A stretch of 64,000 nucleotides of DNA from Haliotis rufescens (lineage: Eukaryota): assembly GCF_023055435.1 (NCBI RefSeq), contig NW_025964372.1:28024001-28088000 (forward strand). The letters run 5' to 3'. Shown here piece after piece: positions 1 through 12,191 of this stretch; within the stretch, counting starts at the first letter, position 1, and each line of letters starts with the position of its first letter. The notes under the pieces were generated by a model. The model ran no database searches and was not told the DNA's origin. It saw only the letters and a program-made list of their open reading frames with translations. The position numbers and the translations under genes are program-made.

Positions 1-201
1 ACCTATCCCCTTCTGAACGGGACCAGCCACATGACGCCGTTTCTGGGCCTCTCCGACTCACAGGTGGTGGGCAACGACCCGAGGTCTGACAACTGCGCCC
101 TGCTACGTTGCAACGACAACGGGGACTACCTCTGGGACCGACAAAGCTGCAACTCCAAGGAGTACTTCCTTTGTTGCGGTGTTCTTTCCACTGACAATTA
201 A
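1..201 (+). CDS. 3' terminal exon (partial) of a C-type lectin-like domain protein
   Basis: Frame 1 is open from base 1 to TAA at 199-201: TYPLLNGTSHMTPFLGLSDSQVVGNDPRSDNCALLRCNDNGDYLWDRQSCNSKEYFLCCGVLSTDN*. The 'DNC...W-D-x-x-x-C-x5-FLC' pattern matches a CTLD C-terminus. Codons are GC-rich, and AATAAA follows at 349-354. Confidence 0.7.
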   Translation, partial: TYPLLNGTSHMTPFLGLSDSQVVGNDPRSDNCALLRCNDNGDYLWDRQSCNSKEYFLCCGVLSTDN

Positions 202-1178
202 GATAGCATTGTTACCTCCAGCTTCACTTTCGACTCAGTTCTGTATCTCCGTCAGTTTATCTCTTGTGGTTTATCTCTCTCGTACAATATCAGCTAATTT
301 ACTCAGTATATAATGTCCGTACACATTGTCGCTTGAAATGTAATTTGAAATAAATGCTAGCAATTTCAAACTTTGAAGTTTCTTTTATGCTGATATGCTG
401 AATGGATAGTCACGTGATCTGATATTTGGAGTTCACACACCTGTGAACGGACAAAAAGGTTCATTTTTTTGGTGAAATTGATCGTGTGAACTTTTGCCGG
501 AACTACTTCCGGGGTTTCCCCAAATTCTAAATCGGTCTTTACGATCAACTAGTTTTTCAACTTTCTTTTTGATCCTTGCTTGATATATCCTTTTTAAAGC
601 GAACGAAATGTCGTACCTTGCTCAGATGTGGCGGCCGACACAGATCAAATCGACTGCTCCTGGACAATCCCAAACTAAAACCCGATTCACTATCGTATCG
701 GAAAGGAATCCAAGATTTTGAGAAACCATAAAGTATAATAAGGTTAGAAAAGAAACTTAAATCCCACCCCCCCCAAAAAAAAATAAATAAAAAAAATGAA
801 TAAAAATAAAATAAATAAAAAAATTACAGCACACACGACAAATTCCAAACTCCAAACGTAACACAGCCTGACGTTGAAATGATCACAGAACACAAATGTG
901 TCAGTGCATTCAATCCCCACCAGTCCATTCCGCATCGTCCGAATTGGTTTCCGACTGTCCAAACACATCTCCACACATTCATAAATCAGTGATATTCCCA
1001 ATTTGCTAGTTCTATGGAATGGTTCATGCGTTGAGTGTTTTCATTAGTAAGAATAAATCTCATCCTTACATATGCTCCCGTTCGACTCGACATGCACCTC
1101 TTTACAAACTTTTATCACTCATCCGTGAAGAGATAACCCGTTTAATAAACATACGTCGATATTACACATTGTTTTATG

Positions 1179-1462
1179 GACTGTCTCCGTGGTCTAGTGG
1201 TAGAGCGTCCGCAGGGAGACCGGAAGGTCCGGGGTTCGAGACGTTAAAAGATGGTACTTGTTGTTACCCTATCTGGCGCTCGGCATTAAGGGGCTAAAGC
1301 AAGGGCTGGTCGGCTCTGAGTATACTATGTCTGAGTGGGCAACTGTGACATGGTAACTCGGTGATCTAGCACTGTAAATCGGCATCAGCCCGGTCTAGTA
1401 CACAAGCAGTCACACACACACACACACACACACACGTTTGACGCCATTTCACCTCACCTCAC
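1179..1462 (+). mobile_element. tRNA-derived SINE, family B (MetaSINE-like), internally deleted copy
   Basis: A-box/B-box head (GTGGTCTAGTGG...GGTTCGA), central AAAAGATGGTACTTGTTGTTACCC..GCATTAAGGGG, a CA run and a (CACCT)n tail. Other copies at 15265-16145, 19531-19888 and 26831-27118. Confidence 0.75.
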
Positions 1463-1833
1463 CCACATTGTTTAATAACATCACGTGCAAACGGAACTAT
1501 TTTTGGCCGGCCACATGATACATGACATGACCTAACAAAATGGCTACTATAAAAGTGTACCGATTCTCACCAGGGCGTGATTACTAATACTTTTTGTTCA
1601 GATGAATTATGCTGAAATCGAAAAAGTAATATGTTCTAAATATACTGTTGAGAAAAAATCATTAATAAGAAATAATAAACGACATGAAAAAGAATATAGA
1701 GCAGACGATGATTCTATCGTCAAGCGAATGATCCTCACACAATGGCAACCGAAGCCATAAAAGTAAATGACTGTGTCAAAATTGATGGTCAGCTGAAGGG
1801 GCGGGTGCTATCGGTTGTTCAACCTTTTGTTTG

Positions 1834-3673
1834 TTTTCTACTATCAGTGCCTGATGAGATGTTTTCTACTATCGGTGCCTGATGATATGTTTTCTACTAT
1901 CAGTGCCTGTTGAGATGTTTTCTACTATCAGTGCCTGATGAGATGTTTTCTACTATCCTTGCCTGATGTTATGTTTTCTACTATCAGTGCCTGTTGAGAT
2001 GTTTTCTACTATCGGTGCCTGATGAGATGTTTTCTACTATCAGTGCCTGATGAGATGTTTTGTACTATCAGTGCCTGTTGAGATGTTTTCTACTATCGGT
2101 GCCTGATGAGCTGTTTTCTACTATCCTTGCCTGATGTTATGTTTTCTACTATCAGTGTCTGTTGAGATGTTTTCTACTATCGGTGCCTGATGAGATGTTT
2201 TCTACTATCAGTGCCTGATGAGATGTTTTGTACTATCCTTGCCTGATGAGATGTTTTCTACTATCAGTGCCTGTTGAGATGTTTTCTACTATCAGTGCCT
2301 GATGAGATGTTTTCTACTATCAGTGCCTGTTGAGATGTTTTCTACTATCGGTGCCTGATGAGATGTTTTCTACTATCAGTGCCTGATGAGATGTTTTCTA
2401 CTATCAGTGCCTGTTGAGATGTTTTCTACTATCAGTACCTGATGAGATGTTTTCTACTATCGGTGCCTGATGAGATGTTTTCTGATATCAGTACCTGATG
2501 AGATGTTTTCTGATATCAGTGCCTGATGAGATGTTTTCTACTATCAGTGCCTGTTGAGATGTTTTCTACTATCGGTGCCTGATGAGATGTTTTCTACTAT
2601 CAGTGTCTGATGAGATGTTTTCTACTATCAGTGTCTGATGAGATGTTTTCTACTATCAGTACCTGATGAGATGTTTTCTACTATCGGTGCCTGATGAGGT
2701 GGTTTCTACTATCAGTGCCTGATGAGATGTTTTCTACTATCAGTGCCTGTTGAGATGTTTTCTACTATCAGTGCCTGTTGAGATGTTTTCTACTATCGGT
2801 GCCTGATGAGATGTTTTCTACTATCAGTGTCTGATGAGATGTTTTCTACTATCAGTGCCTGATGAGATGTTTTCTACTATCGGTGCCTGATGAGATGTTT
2901 TCTACTATCAGTGCCTGATGAGATGTTTTCTACTATCAGTGCCTGATGAGATGTTTTCTACTATCGGTGCCTGTTGAGATGTTTTCTACTATCCTTGCCT
3001 GATGAGATGTTTTCTACTATCAGTGCCTGATGAGATGTTTTCTGATATCAGTGCCTGATGAGATGTTTTCTGATATCAGTGCCTGATGAGGTGGTTTCTA
3101 CTATCAGTGCCTGATGAGATGTTTTCTACTATCAGTGCCTGATGAGGTGGTTTCTACTATCAGTGTCTGATGAGATGTTTTCTACTATCAGTACCCGGTG
3201 AGATGTTTTCTACTATAAGTGCCTGATGAGATGTTTTCTACTATCAGTTGCCCGATGAAATGCTTTCTACTATCAGTGACTAACGGGGTCGGGTGGTCAG
3301 GCTCGCTGACTTGGTTGTTGCATGTCATCAATCCCAATTGCGTGGATCGATGCTCATGATATGAATCACTGGTCCAGACTCGATTATTTACAGACCGCCG
3401 TCATGTAGCTTGAATAGTGCTGAGTGCGGCGTTAAAAAACCAACCAACCAACCAACTACTATCAGTGCCTGATGAGATGTTTTCTTCTATTAGTGCCTGA
3501 TGGGATATTTCTACTATCAGTGCCTGTTGAGATGTTTTCTACCATCGGTGCCTGTTGAGATGTTTTCCACGTATCAATGCCTGATTAGATGTTTCCTACT
3601 ATCCTTGCCAGATGAGATGTTTTCTACTATCAGTGCCTGATCAGATATTTTCTACTATCAGTGCCTGATGAGA
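1834..3673 (+). repeat. 28-bp minisatellite (GTTTTCTACTATCAGTGCCTGATGAGAT), ~60 units, interrupted by a SINE fragment at ~3280-3455
   Basis: Direct tandem repetition is visible, and the array resumes after the inserted element. Confidence 0.95.
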
Positions 3674-3762
3674 CCGTTAACTCATGAGTGACCGACTACC
3701 AGTAACCATAAGTAATCACACTGAAACATTTTCGTTTTAGTGTATGACAAGCTTCCCATCCT

Positions 3763-4003
3763 CCGTGAAGATCCGGAGTAGAATAACTCTTCTGCAACCC
3801 AGGCTTGCGACCATGCTTGAAGTAAGAGGCGACCAACGGGATCGGATGGTCGGGGTCGATGACTTGGTTGATGCATGTCATCGATCCCAATTGCGCATCG
3901 ATGATATCAATCACTGGATTGTCTGGTCCAGACTCGATTTTCTACAGACCCCCGTCATACAGCGGGAATATTGCTGAGTGCAGGGTAAAACAACAAACCA
4001 ACC
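3763..4003 (+). mobile_element. Abundant SINE-like interspersed repeat, family A
   Basis: Consensus CCGTGAAGATCCGGGGTAGAATAGGTCTTCAGCAACCC...GTCCAGACTCGATTATTTACAGACCGCCGTCATATAGCTGGAATATTGCTGAGTGCGGCGTTAAA(CAAA/CAAC)n. Roughly 15 or more copies or fragments occur in the window. Confidence 0.85.
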
Positions 4004-4221
4004 CATTCTCCGGCTATTTCCTGCTTTGGAATGATGTCAAAGATACATAAACTCAAGTTTTACGTGTGACATTTTATTTGCATACCGAATTACGCAAACT
4101 TTGAGTGAGGTAATCTCAGTAAGTAATTATTGTTATTCACCGTGACAAAATAGAACATGCTGAAATCACGCCATGACCTCCTATGAGTACATTAAAAGAT
4201 AGATAATAGATGAATACCAGT

Positions 4222-4360
4222 NNNNNNNNNNNNNNNNNNNNNNNNNNNNNNNNNNNNNNNNNNNNNNNNNNNNNNNNNNNNNNNNNNNNNNNNNNNNNNN
4301 NNNNNNNNNNNNNNNNNNNNNNNNNNNNNNNNNNNNNNNNNNNNNNNNNNNNNNNNNNNN
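4222..4360. other. Assembly gap (139 N)
   Basis: Run of N just downstream of the gene A stop codon. Confidence 1.
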
Positions 4361-4500
4361 TGCACTGGAACAAAATGTTTGGCATCTACATGTATATTAG
4401 CAAATAATGGCATAAACATCAAGCCAGGACTTGCTGATGCAGACACTCAAAATGTGTTCCAGGGAAAGTAATGGGTCGTCACAAATCAACCATGACTTCT

Positions 4501-7500
4501 TCACTTCTCGTTGAAACCAAAATCAAAGGCAGCATTGACACGACCGATATCTACATTGGTAAGACCAGCGTTGTTTTCAAACGCTGCACGCTGAACGTCA
4601 TCGTCCACAAACTTGTTGGTGACCTCGCTGTGGGAAGCGGACCTTCCGCTGACCTGAACTTCACAGAGAGTTAAGAGGTCGTTGCTGTCGACCATACTGG
4701 TCTTCTGGATCTTGATGAAGCGGCCAACGGCGGGATAGAAGCAGTTGACGGTGAAGTTCGCTCCTGCAGCGACGTTGCCAGTGATGCTACCACAGAGATG
4801 TGGGAACTCCAGGAACTTGAAGGGGTCCTTTATAAGGATCCCGACGTCGATGTTGCGGAGACGCTCGGCTGTTGAAGACAATGACGTCACCGTGTCATAC
4901 AGGCAAAATCACAGGGCACAAATAAATCGTCTTCAGGTCATATTAACAAAGGTATAATTCTCAAAACTATTAAGATAGGATTGGTATGTTGGAAAATCAA
5001 TGTAAATAACGTGGCGCTGTGATGCTAAAGCCCAAGGTAGAGTTACATATTAATTAGATATAACAGGATTTTTATAGTCATAAGCTCAAAGACAGCATGT
5101 CATAACATCCAAACCGTACTGATTCATGAACACACTATCGACCAACAACATGCACAATATTGTGCACGTCGCTAAAACATGTAATGTTATTACATCCAAA
5201 TTAATTCAATAGATTGGTTGGTTGGTTTGTTGTTTTACGCCGCACTCAGCACTATTCCAGCTAAATGACGGCGGTCTGTAGATATCGAGTCTGGACCAGA
5301 CAATCCAGTCACTGATATCATGAGCATCGATCCACGCGAGTCAGCGATCCCGTTAGTCGCCTCTTTCGACAAGCATAGTGGCCTTTTACGGCAAGCATGG
5401 GTTGCTGAAGACCTATTCTACCCCGGATCTTCATGGGTAAAACATGGGACACAACGATGTAATGCTTACCACAACAGTCGCCTCTGTTGGTGACGGTGAC
5501 GGAGCTGATGTAGTAGTAGGCGCCGAGGTCGATGTAGAAGGTGGGAGTTAAATCACCAGTGGTGCTGGAGAAACAGCTCCTTCCGGTGACGAACTGGCTG
5601 TCAAAGTTGCCGTCCACGGCGAGGCCAGGGGAGGCAACCAGGTTGGCGGCAGCGAAAGTAAACTGCGAGGTAGCGCGCGCTGGGCGATTCAGGGCGACGT
5701 TGGTGGGATTGACACCGTTAAATTTCGCTGAAATTGCAGAAATAGAATACAACTTACGTGGTCAATACCACAGCGTATACACTTATAGGCCAAATTGTAA
5801 AGATTATATAAAGTAAAGTACGGTTATAACGAACTCAAAGGGACTACTAATTTTAGTTTGTTATAACCGTAGTTCATTGTAAGCATATATACAGTATAAC
5901 AACAGCAAATAGTCGGGACCAAAACATTTAGTTCGTTATATCCGTCAGTTCGTTATAAGCGTGTTCGTTATAACCGTAGTTTATGTATTCGTGTGCATCC
6001 AAGTCTATTTAGGAATTAGCTGTTGTGATAGTATATACAGAATCTTTTGCTTCAATCAAGCTACTAGTCAATATTGTCCAGAGACTAATCATATAATAAA
6101 ATAGATAAATAAAGTTAAAAAAAAAATATAAAAAATATTGAAAACGATAACATTTATGTTTTTTCGTACAGATAATGTTTACTCGGACAAATTCCACTTG
6201 TTTATCCAATTCGGTCTACTAAAACCTATTATTACCGAATGCTATAAACTGCATTAGGGTCAAACGGATCTGGGCCGACCTCTTTTACACAAACGATCTT
6301 TACAAATAATACAGCATGGGTATTTGGCAAGCATGTTTCCGAATGTCGAAATTCGTGTTTTACGTAAGATAGCATTATGGATAAGATAAATATATAAGAA
6401 CAGGGAAACGATTGATGACCACTGACCACTGTTAGCACATTTATACTCACGTTTGATGTTGCCTCCGGACACAACGACCTCGCAGATGGTGAGAGGGGCG
6501 GTGGCGGAGGGTTTTCTGATACGGACGTAGCGTCCAGTCACCATCGGAGAGCAGGAGAGTGAGACAGTCTGACCAAGGGCCACTCCACCAATGACCGTGG
6601 AGCAGAACTCGGGAGTCTCGGTACTGGTTGTGGGATTGAACTCAAAGACCTCGACTGTCAGACCACTCAGACGATCAGCTGAGACACAGAAGATGCACTT
6701 CTTCACATTTCAATAACACATACATTTGTCGTCCTTAATCATTTGTCTATTTAGTTAAACATATGAATACATTTGCTTTGATTACCGTGAGGCTAAGGCA
6801 TGCGTTCGTCACTATCAGGTCCAGGTTCGAAGCTCTGCGATCAGTGATTTCAAACTAGCTTCAAATGGCGAATGTCGTAAGTAGACGGCAAGTTTTGTAC
6901 AGCTGATAAATACACCTGGCATTGTTGGCTGTGATTATGATAAACCTGTGGGTTTAAATATGGCTTATGGATAAAACTTTGGTATAAATATGGCTTATGG
7001 ATAAAACTTTGGTATAAATATGGCTTATGGATAAAATTTTGGTATCAATATGGCTTATGGATAAAACTTAGGCATAAATATGGCTTATGGATAAAACTGT
7101 GGCATAAAAATGGCTTATGGATAAAATTTTGGTATAAATATGGCTTATGGATAAAACTGTGGCATAAATATGGCTTATGGATAAAACTTTGGTATAAATA
7201 TGGCTTATGGATAAAACGTTGGTATAAATATGGCTTATGGATAAAACTTTGGTATAAATATAGCTTATGGATAAAACTTTTGTATAAATATGGTTTATGG
7301 ATAAAAATGTGGTATAAATATGGCTTATGGATTAAACTTTGGTATAAATATGGTTTATGGATAAAACGGTGCATATAGATACAACTGTTGTTTTTTTTTG
7401 AAAATTGGATAAAACTGTTGGTATAAATAGGGATATGGATATCATTGTTGGAGTGGATGTAAATGTGGATATATATTTGGATATAATTGTAGGTATGGAG

Positions 7501-8406
7501 AAACATAGGAACATAAATATAGGTATGGATAAAACTGTAGATATATATATGGAATTACCTTAAACTGAATTGGTATGAGTTTAGATGTGGATAAAACTGT
7601 GGGCATGGATAATGATAAAATGTGTATATAGATATGGATAAAATGTGTATATGGATATGGATGAAATGGTGGATATGGAACTGGGAATGTGGAATACAAA
7701 TATCGATCTGAATATGGATTATATGTTTATATCTCAAAGTACGAAGGCTCCACTTATATAACTATTAACTCTTTTGAGTATACGATGCATATTGTTCTTA
7801 TGAAAAAAAACATAGAGACGTTTAGTAGAGCTTTCGCATGGTAATGGAACGTTGCTTCCCTTTATATTTTTTGGATGTGCGGGCTGTCTTGCACTGGTGG
7901 TGTATTAAGAATATGGACTATACATGTGTCTAAGGCAATGTAAACTGGTTTGACTGTCGAGTATTTATCTAACTTACCACAACAGTCGCCCCTGTTGGTG
8001 AGGGTGAGGCCGGACACGAATACCCGGGAACCCAGGTCCACGAACCAGAAGGGGTTGGGATCTGTCGCCACATCAGCGCTAGAGAAACATGAGCCGCCAA
8101 AGAAGTCGGAGTTGAAGTTGCCGTCGACGGCGAGGTTTGAGTTGGCGGTGATTGGGGGCACACCGTTGACGAAGACACTGCTCGAGCCGGTGGGGCGGTT
8201 CAGGGCGATGTTTTGGCCTGTAGGTGCAAATAGGCAAATGAAATATGACAAAAACAGTAATATGAATAATATATACTTAGTTGTATTTTATGGGGCATAT
8301 AATATGATGAGTAGATAGCTTCTAAATCAGATGGTACACGTTTCTTACCGAAGTTATTGGCGCTGGCCGCTGCGATCAGAGCTGCTAAACATATGATGAA
8401 AACCAT
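4501..8406 (-). CDS. Secreted tandem F-type lectin (2x fucolectin/FTP domain) protein, paralogue A, 383 aa
   Basis: Exons 8406-8349, 8217-7978, 6678-6451, 5727-5470, 4868-4501 (58/240/228/258/368 nt), all GT-AG and phase 1, frame intact. Signal peptide MVFIICLAALIAAASA. Both domains carry NIAL/NVAL, LAVDGN, DLG, TNRGDCC-A-D/E-R and (L/I)CEV motifs. Confidence 0.92.
5213..5436 (-). mobile_element. SINE-like family A copy in gene A intron 4
   Basis: Reverse complement of the family A consensus. Confidence 0.8.
5814..5983. mobile_element. Short MITE in gene A intron 3
   Basis: Terminal inverted repeats TAAAGTACGGTTATAACGAAC / GTTCGTTATAACCGTAGTTTA, with internal GTTATAA repeats. Confidence 0.65.
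6955..7365 (+). repeat. 30-bp minisatellite (AAATATGGCTTATGGATAAAACTTTGGTAT), ~13 units, decaying to ~7700; gene A intron 2
   Basis: Tandem repetition is visible directly. Confidence 0.93.
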
Positions 8407-8422
8407 TGTGGATGTGGTGATC

Positions 8423-8460
8423 GAATGATGTCCTTAGATCTGAGGTCAAGGCTTATATAG
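8423..8460 (-). promoter_or_regulatory. TATA box + initiator of gene A
   Basis: Minus strand reads CTATATAAG, then TCATTC ~30 nt later and ATG ~20 nt after that. The arrangement is conserved in all six paralogues. Confidence 0.65.
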
Positions 8461-9954
8461 AGACGGTCATTATGTTTGGTCAGATAACATAACATTATGA
8501 CGTCTCGTTAATTAACAACACACTTACATTAAGCCGATCCCGAAGCTATTAAAGAGCAGGTGAGATTATAAATCAATTAAAGGACAGTTAACGCTGAAAC
8601 TGGTAACGCTTACCATTGACAAATGACTGACTGAGGTCACACCTTGTTTGTCAGATACCGATTGTTTCTACATTAGTTCAGTCCCAAAACGCAGAACAGG
8701 AATTGGTCAGGACATGCTGGTCACTCCTAATTAACGAATGGATCATTCCAAAATTATAGATACCGTATGAAGTTTAAATTTCTTGTATTTAGGATAAATG
8801 TATAAGATCGAACGGTTATTATGTTGTGACAACACGAACTGGAGTCGAAAGAGTCAGAGTGGATGACTCGAGGACCTTGAGTCCTTGATGCTGAAGAAAT
8901 TAAAACTTAGGAAATATGAACTAAGAACCTTGAGTTTAAGATATTTGTACTGAGCCACGTTTAAAAATAAATACGTGCTGTACTTTCATTGAATGGTCAC
9001 ATAGCGCTATACAATTGTCAAAATGTCAAATGAAATATTGTAGTAAATTTACAAGTATAAAAACACAAACCTAGGTCCTTGTTTGTTGTCTTTTCACTAA
9101 ACCTGGAAGATATCATTACTAGGACTGAGGATTAGGTTTGAGAATAGTGGTGCACACAACCGTAATAATTGTTCTTTAAAGGTTCAGCGTTTTGGGAGGA
9201 TACCGTTCTCCCTATTAATTCCTGATCATGAACCTAATTTAAAAGTCTTTCCCTAAGGATTACGATAGTGCAAACACTGAACGTTTTATCGTGACGATGG
9301 GTCTGGTATTTTTGTTGACGAAAAAATATTAGTTTGCTCTTCCTTTAAACATGAGCATAGTCTTATGTCTTCGTTGAGAATAATTTGTCTGTTTGGTTTA
9401 AATATTAAAACAGAAATACAATGTTGAAAGTGAGAGTATTTTCCCTGTAGTCTTGATTAGATTATTGGACGTGAAACATTCTGCCCCAGCTTGGACAACG
9501 AAACTCTTGAAGCGGCGACAAGATAATGCGAACCAATGCAAAGTCCAGAGCCTTGGTGACTGACTTGCAACATTAATTCACGACGGACTGGTAACTGTAT
9601 TTCAGAGTTTTGTTGTCTATGTAATACATGTGAAAATGTGTAAAACATGTTCTTTCGGTCAGAAGTAGAGACATAGTTCATTCATATATTGGAACGTAAC
9701 ATCTATGATGACGTCATGATATGACGTCACGTTGCTATGGGCAGGTTCACAAACAATGCAAACAGTTGAACGATTGGAGTAAACTAGCCTATCAACACGA
9801 AGCAAACATTATAATGGTCGGTGAGAATTGCTGAAATGAATGTCCCTGATATATGTACCCATATCCATCTAGTTGCTGTCACAGCAACACACATTACCGA
9901 TACAAACTTTATTTTGTAACATCAAAAGGAAAACATCAAGAGAGATTTGGTTCA

Positions 9955-10402
9955 TGAAATATAGAAGATATTATATGAGTGTTCATGTCATAATATGATT
10001 ACGACACAAGAATCATAATTCCAATATTTCCCCGGCGAGAGAGAGGGAAATACCGGAAGTTAGGCATCAGTGTCCTTAACATAATATGACACGAACACGA
10101 ATATAATGTCCTATTTATTACCGAAGAAGATGTCTACATACAGAGACGAATTTTAGTGTTTACCTATAAGGAGAGCAAGTTGCAACATCAGCGGGACCGT
10201 AACTTGTCGAATGACGTCAGCTATGACGTCGCTTCTAGTGTGACGTCATTCCGACCTCACGTGACAATAAATCTCGAATGACGTCAACAATGCCGTCCGG
10301 ATGACGGAAACAATACACTGTTGTCTCGTGACATGATATGACCTTAGGGCACATATGATTTTTTATGAACCCCTATATGTTTGCCCTCGTAGGTAATAAA
10401 TG
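9955..10402. mobile_element. Non-autonomous palindromic DNA element (long terminal hairpin)
   Basis: An imperfect inverted repeat spans ~9960-10115 (ATATTATATGAGTGTTCATGTCATAATATG / CATAATATGACACGAACACGAATATAAT). TTTATTACC...GGTAATAAA ends enclose a TGACGTCA-rich core. Confidence 0.5.
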
Positions 10403-10431
10403 TGCATATTACACACAGGTGTACAGATAAC

Positions 10432-10801
10432 TTTATCATCCAAAACTGGCTCCCACAGGAGATATCGCTTGGATTAGATCAAGCGATATCTACACTGTAG
10501 ATATCGCTGCAATGAAATTACATCACAATGCTTTGCAGACAATTGTGACGTCACTGGTTACCATGACGTCACAATCAAATGAAATCACTAATGGCTCAGC
10601 TACTGAAGCTGTTAGCAGTACTTTTTACTCTGAAGACACTGCTAATAACTGTCTACAAATTGAAAAAGTTGGAAAAATGATGTTGGATGATAAATAAAAT
10701 CTCACCCTCGTGTCTTTTGATATCAAATATATTTTTCCACTTTTATCAACTCGTGTTGATATATTTGATATCAAAAGACACTCCGGGGAGATTCTCTATT
10801 T
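10432..10801. mobile_element. Non-autonomous palindromic DNA element (inverted ends plus 3' hairpin)
   Basis: TTTATCATCCAA...TTGGATGATAAA inverted ends, followed by the hairpin GTGTCTTTTGATATCAAATATA / TATATTTGATATCAAAAGACAC. Confidence 0.55.
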
Positions 10802-11016
10802 AACATTTCTTTCAATAAATCAGAATAACTAATGTTTTATACTGACTGGCACGTAAATAATTCCATTTTTTGTATTTTTGGCGAAGTGGTTCTTAACAAC
10901 GTGACGTGATATCAACGCATTGCCGCATCGCGTCTTTCATTATTCATGAGGTCACAAACGGTTTCACGTGACGTCGTTCCAACAAGATACTGACTGACAC
11001 AACGCCTCTACAAGTG

Positions 11017-11590
11017 TGTTTGTTTGTTGTTTAACGCTGCATTCAGCAATATTCCAGCTATATGACGGCGGTCTTGAAATAATCGAGTCTGGACCAGACA
11101 ATCCAGTGATTGACATCATGAGCATCGATCCACACAGTTGGGATACAATGACATGCATCAACAAAGTCAGCGAGCCTGATCACACGATCCCGTTAGTCGC
11201 CTCTTACGACAACCATAGTCGGTTTTTACGACAAGCAGGGGTTGCCGAAGATCTATTCTACCCCGGATTTTCACGGGTCAGTTATGATAAGTACCGATAC
11301 ATCTGTCCGAACCTTGAAGTGAGATGATGTTATTCCAAATATTAAGTTCCCAAGGTAAAATATATAGTTTATATATATGACGGCGGTCTGTAAATAATCG
11401 AGTCTGGACAAACAGTCCAGTGATTGATATCATGAGCATCGATTCACGCAATTGGGATCGATGACATGCATCAACCAAGTCAGCGAGCCTGACCACCCGA
11501 TCCCATTAGTCGCCTCTTACGACAAGCAAAGTCGCTTTTTACGGCAAGCATGGGTTGCGGAAGACCTATTCTACCCCGGATCTTTACTGG
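11017..11590 (-). mobile_element. Two adjacent family A SINE-like copies (~11017-11277, ~11377-11590)
   Basis: Both match the reverse complement of the family A consensus. Confidence 0.8.
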
Positions 11591-12140
11591 TCCAAATCTC
11601 TTGAGACTGTGTATGCATTGGAACCGAGTTGTCCGTTAAGGCATATATGATGATCATGGGGTTGTGGCAGCTGCGTAATATTGTCCATTATGTCAACTTT
11701 GGGCGAAATTCCACCCCCACCCCCACTCCAAGACAAACAAATTAATTAACCCGGGACAGATAGTCCTTAATTCCTCTTAGCTCGTTAGGTTTTTCGTTTC
11801 ATATTTTATTGAAGTTTCCTCTTATAAGAACATGTCACAGGTTCTTATAATGGAATCACCGCTACTGCTCATCGAAAAAATTGTCAGAAATATAATTATT
11901 TAATGTGAACAATTAACTTTAAACGTATCTTCTTATAATTATGTGTTTGATCGGTGCCCTGTTTCGTATAATGCACCGAGTCTCAGTTCATGTAACGATA
12001 TAACAGCCCAGGGATTAATATCGGACAGGTCTGGTCTAATGAGCACTTCTGGTCTAAAAACATTAATCCTACTCATTAACAACTCTCAATTACATCACAT
12101 TGCCCAAGAAGCCATTTAACATATGATCGCCTGATACGAA

Positions 12141-12175
12141 TATAAACTGTGATCCACAATCACTGGTCATCATTC
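12141..12175 (+). promoter_or_regulatory. TATA box + initiator of gene B
   Basis: TATAAA at 12141-12146, TCATTC at 12170-12175, ATG at 12192. Confidence 0.65.
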
Positions 12176-12191
12176 GATCCCATCGTCCACA

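Noticed and set aside
1834-3673. CRISPR-like array or tandem hammerheads (each 28-bp unit contains CTGATGA)
   Set aside because: Units are head-to-tail with no unique spacers or cas genes, the context is eukaryotic, and there is no GAAA or stem II on the same strand.
7045-7737. His/Tyr-rich ORFs (FIHKPYLYQS)n
   Set aside because: Translation of the intronic 30-bp minisatellite.
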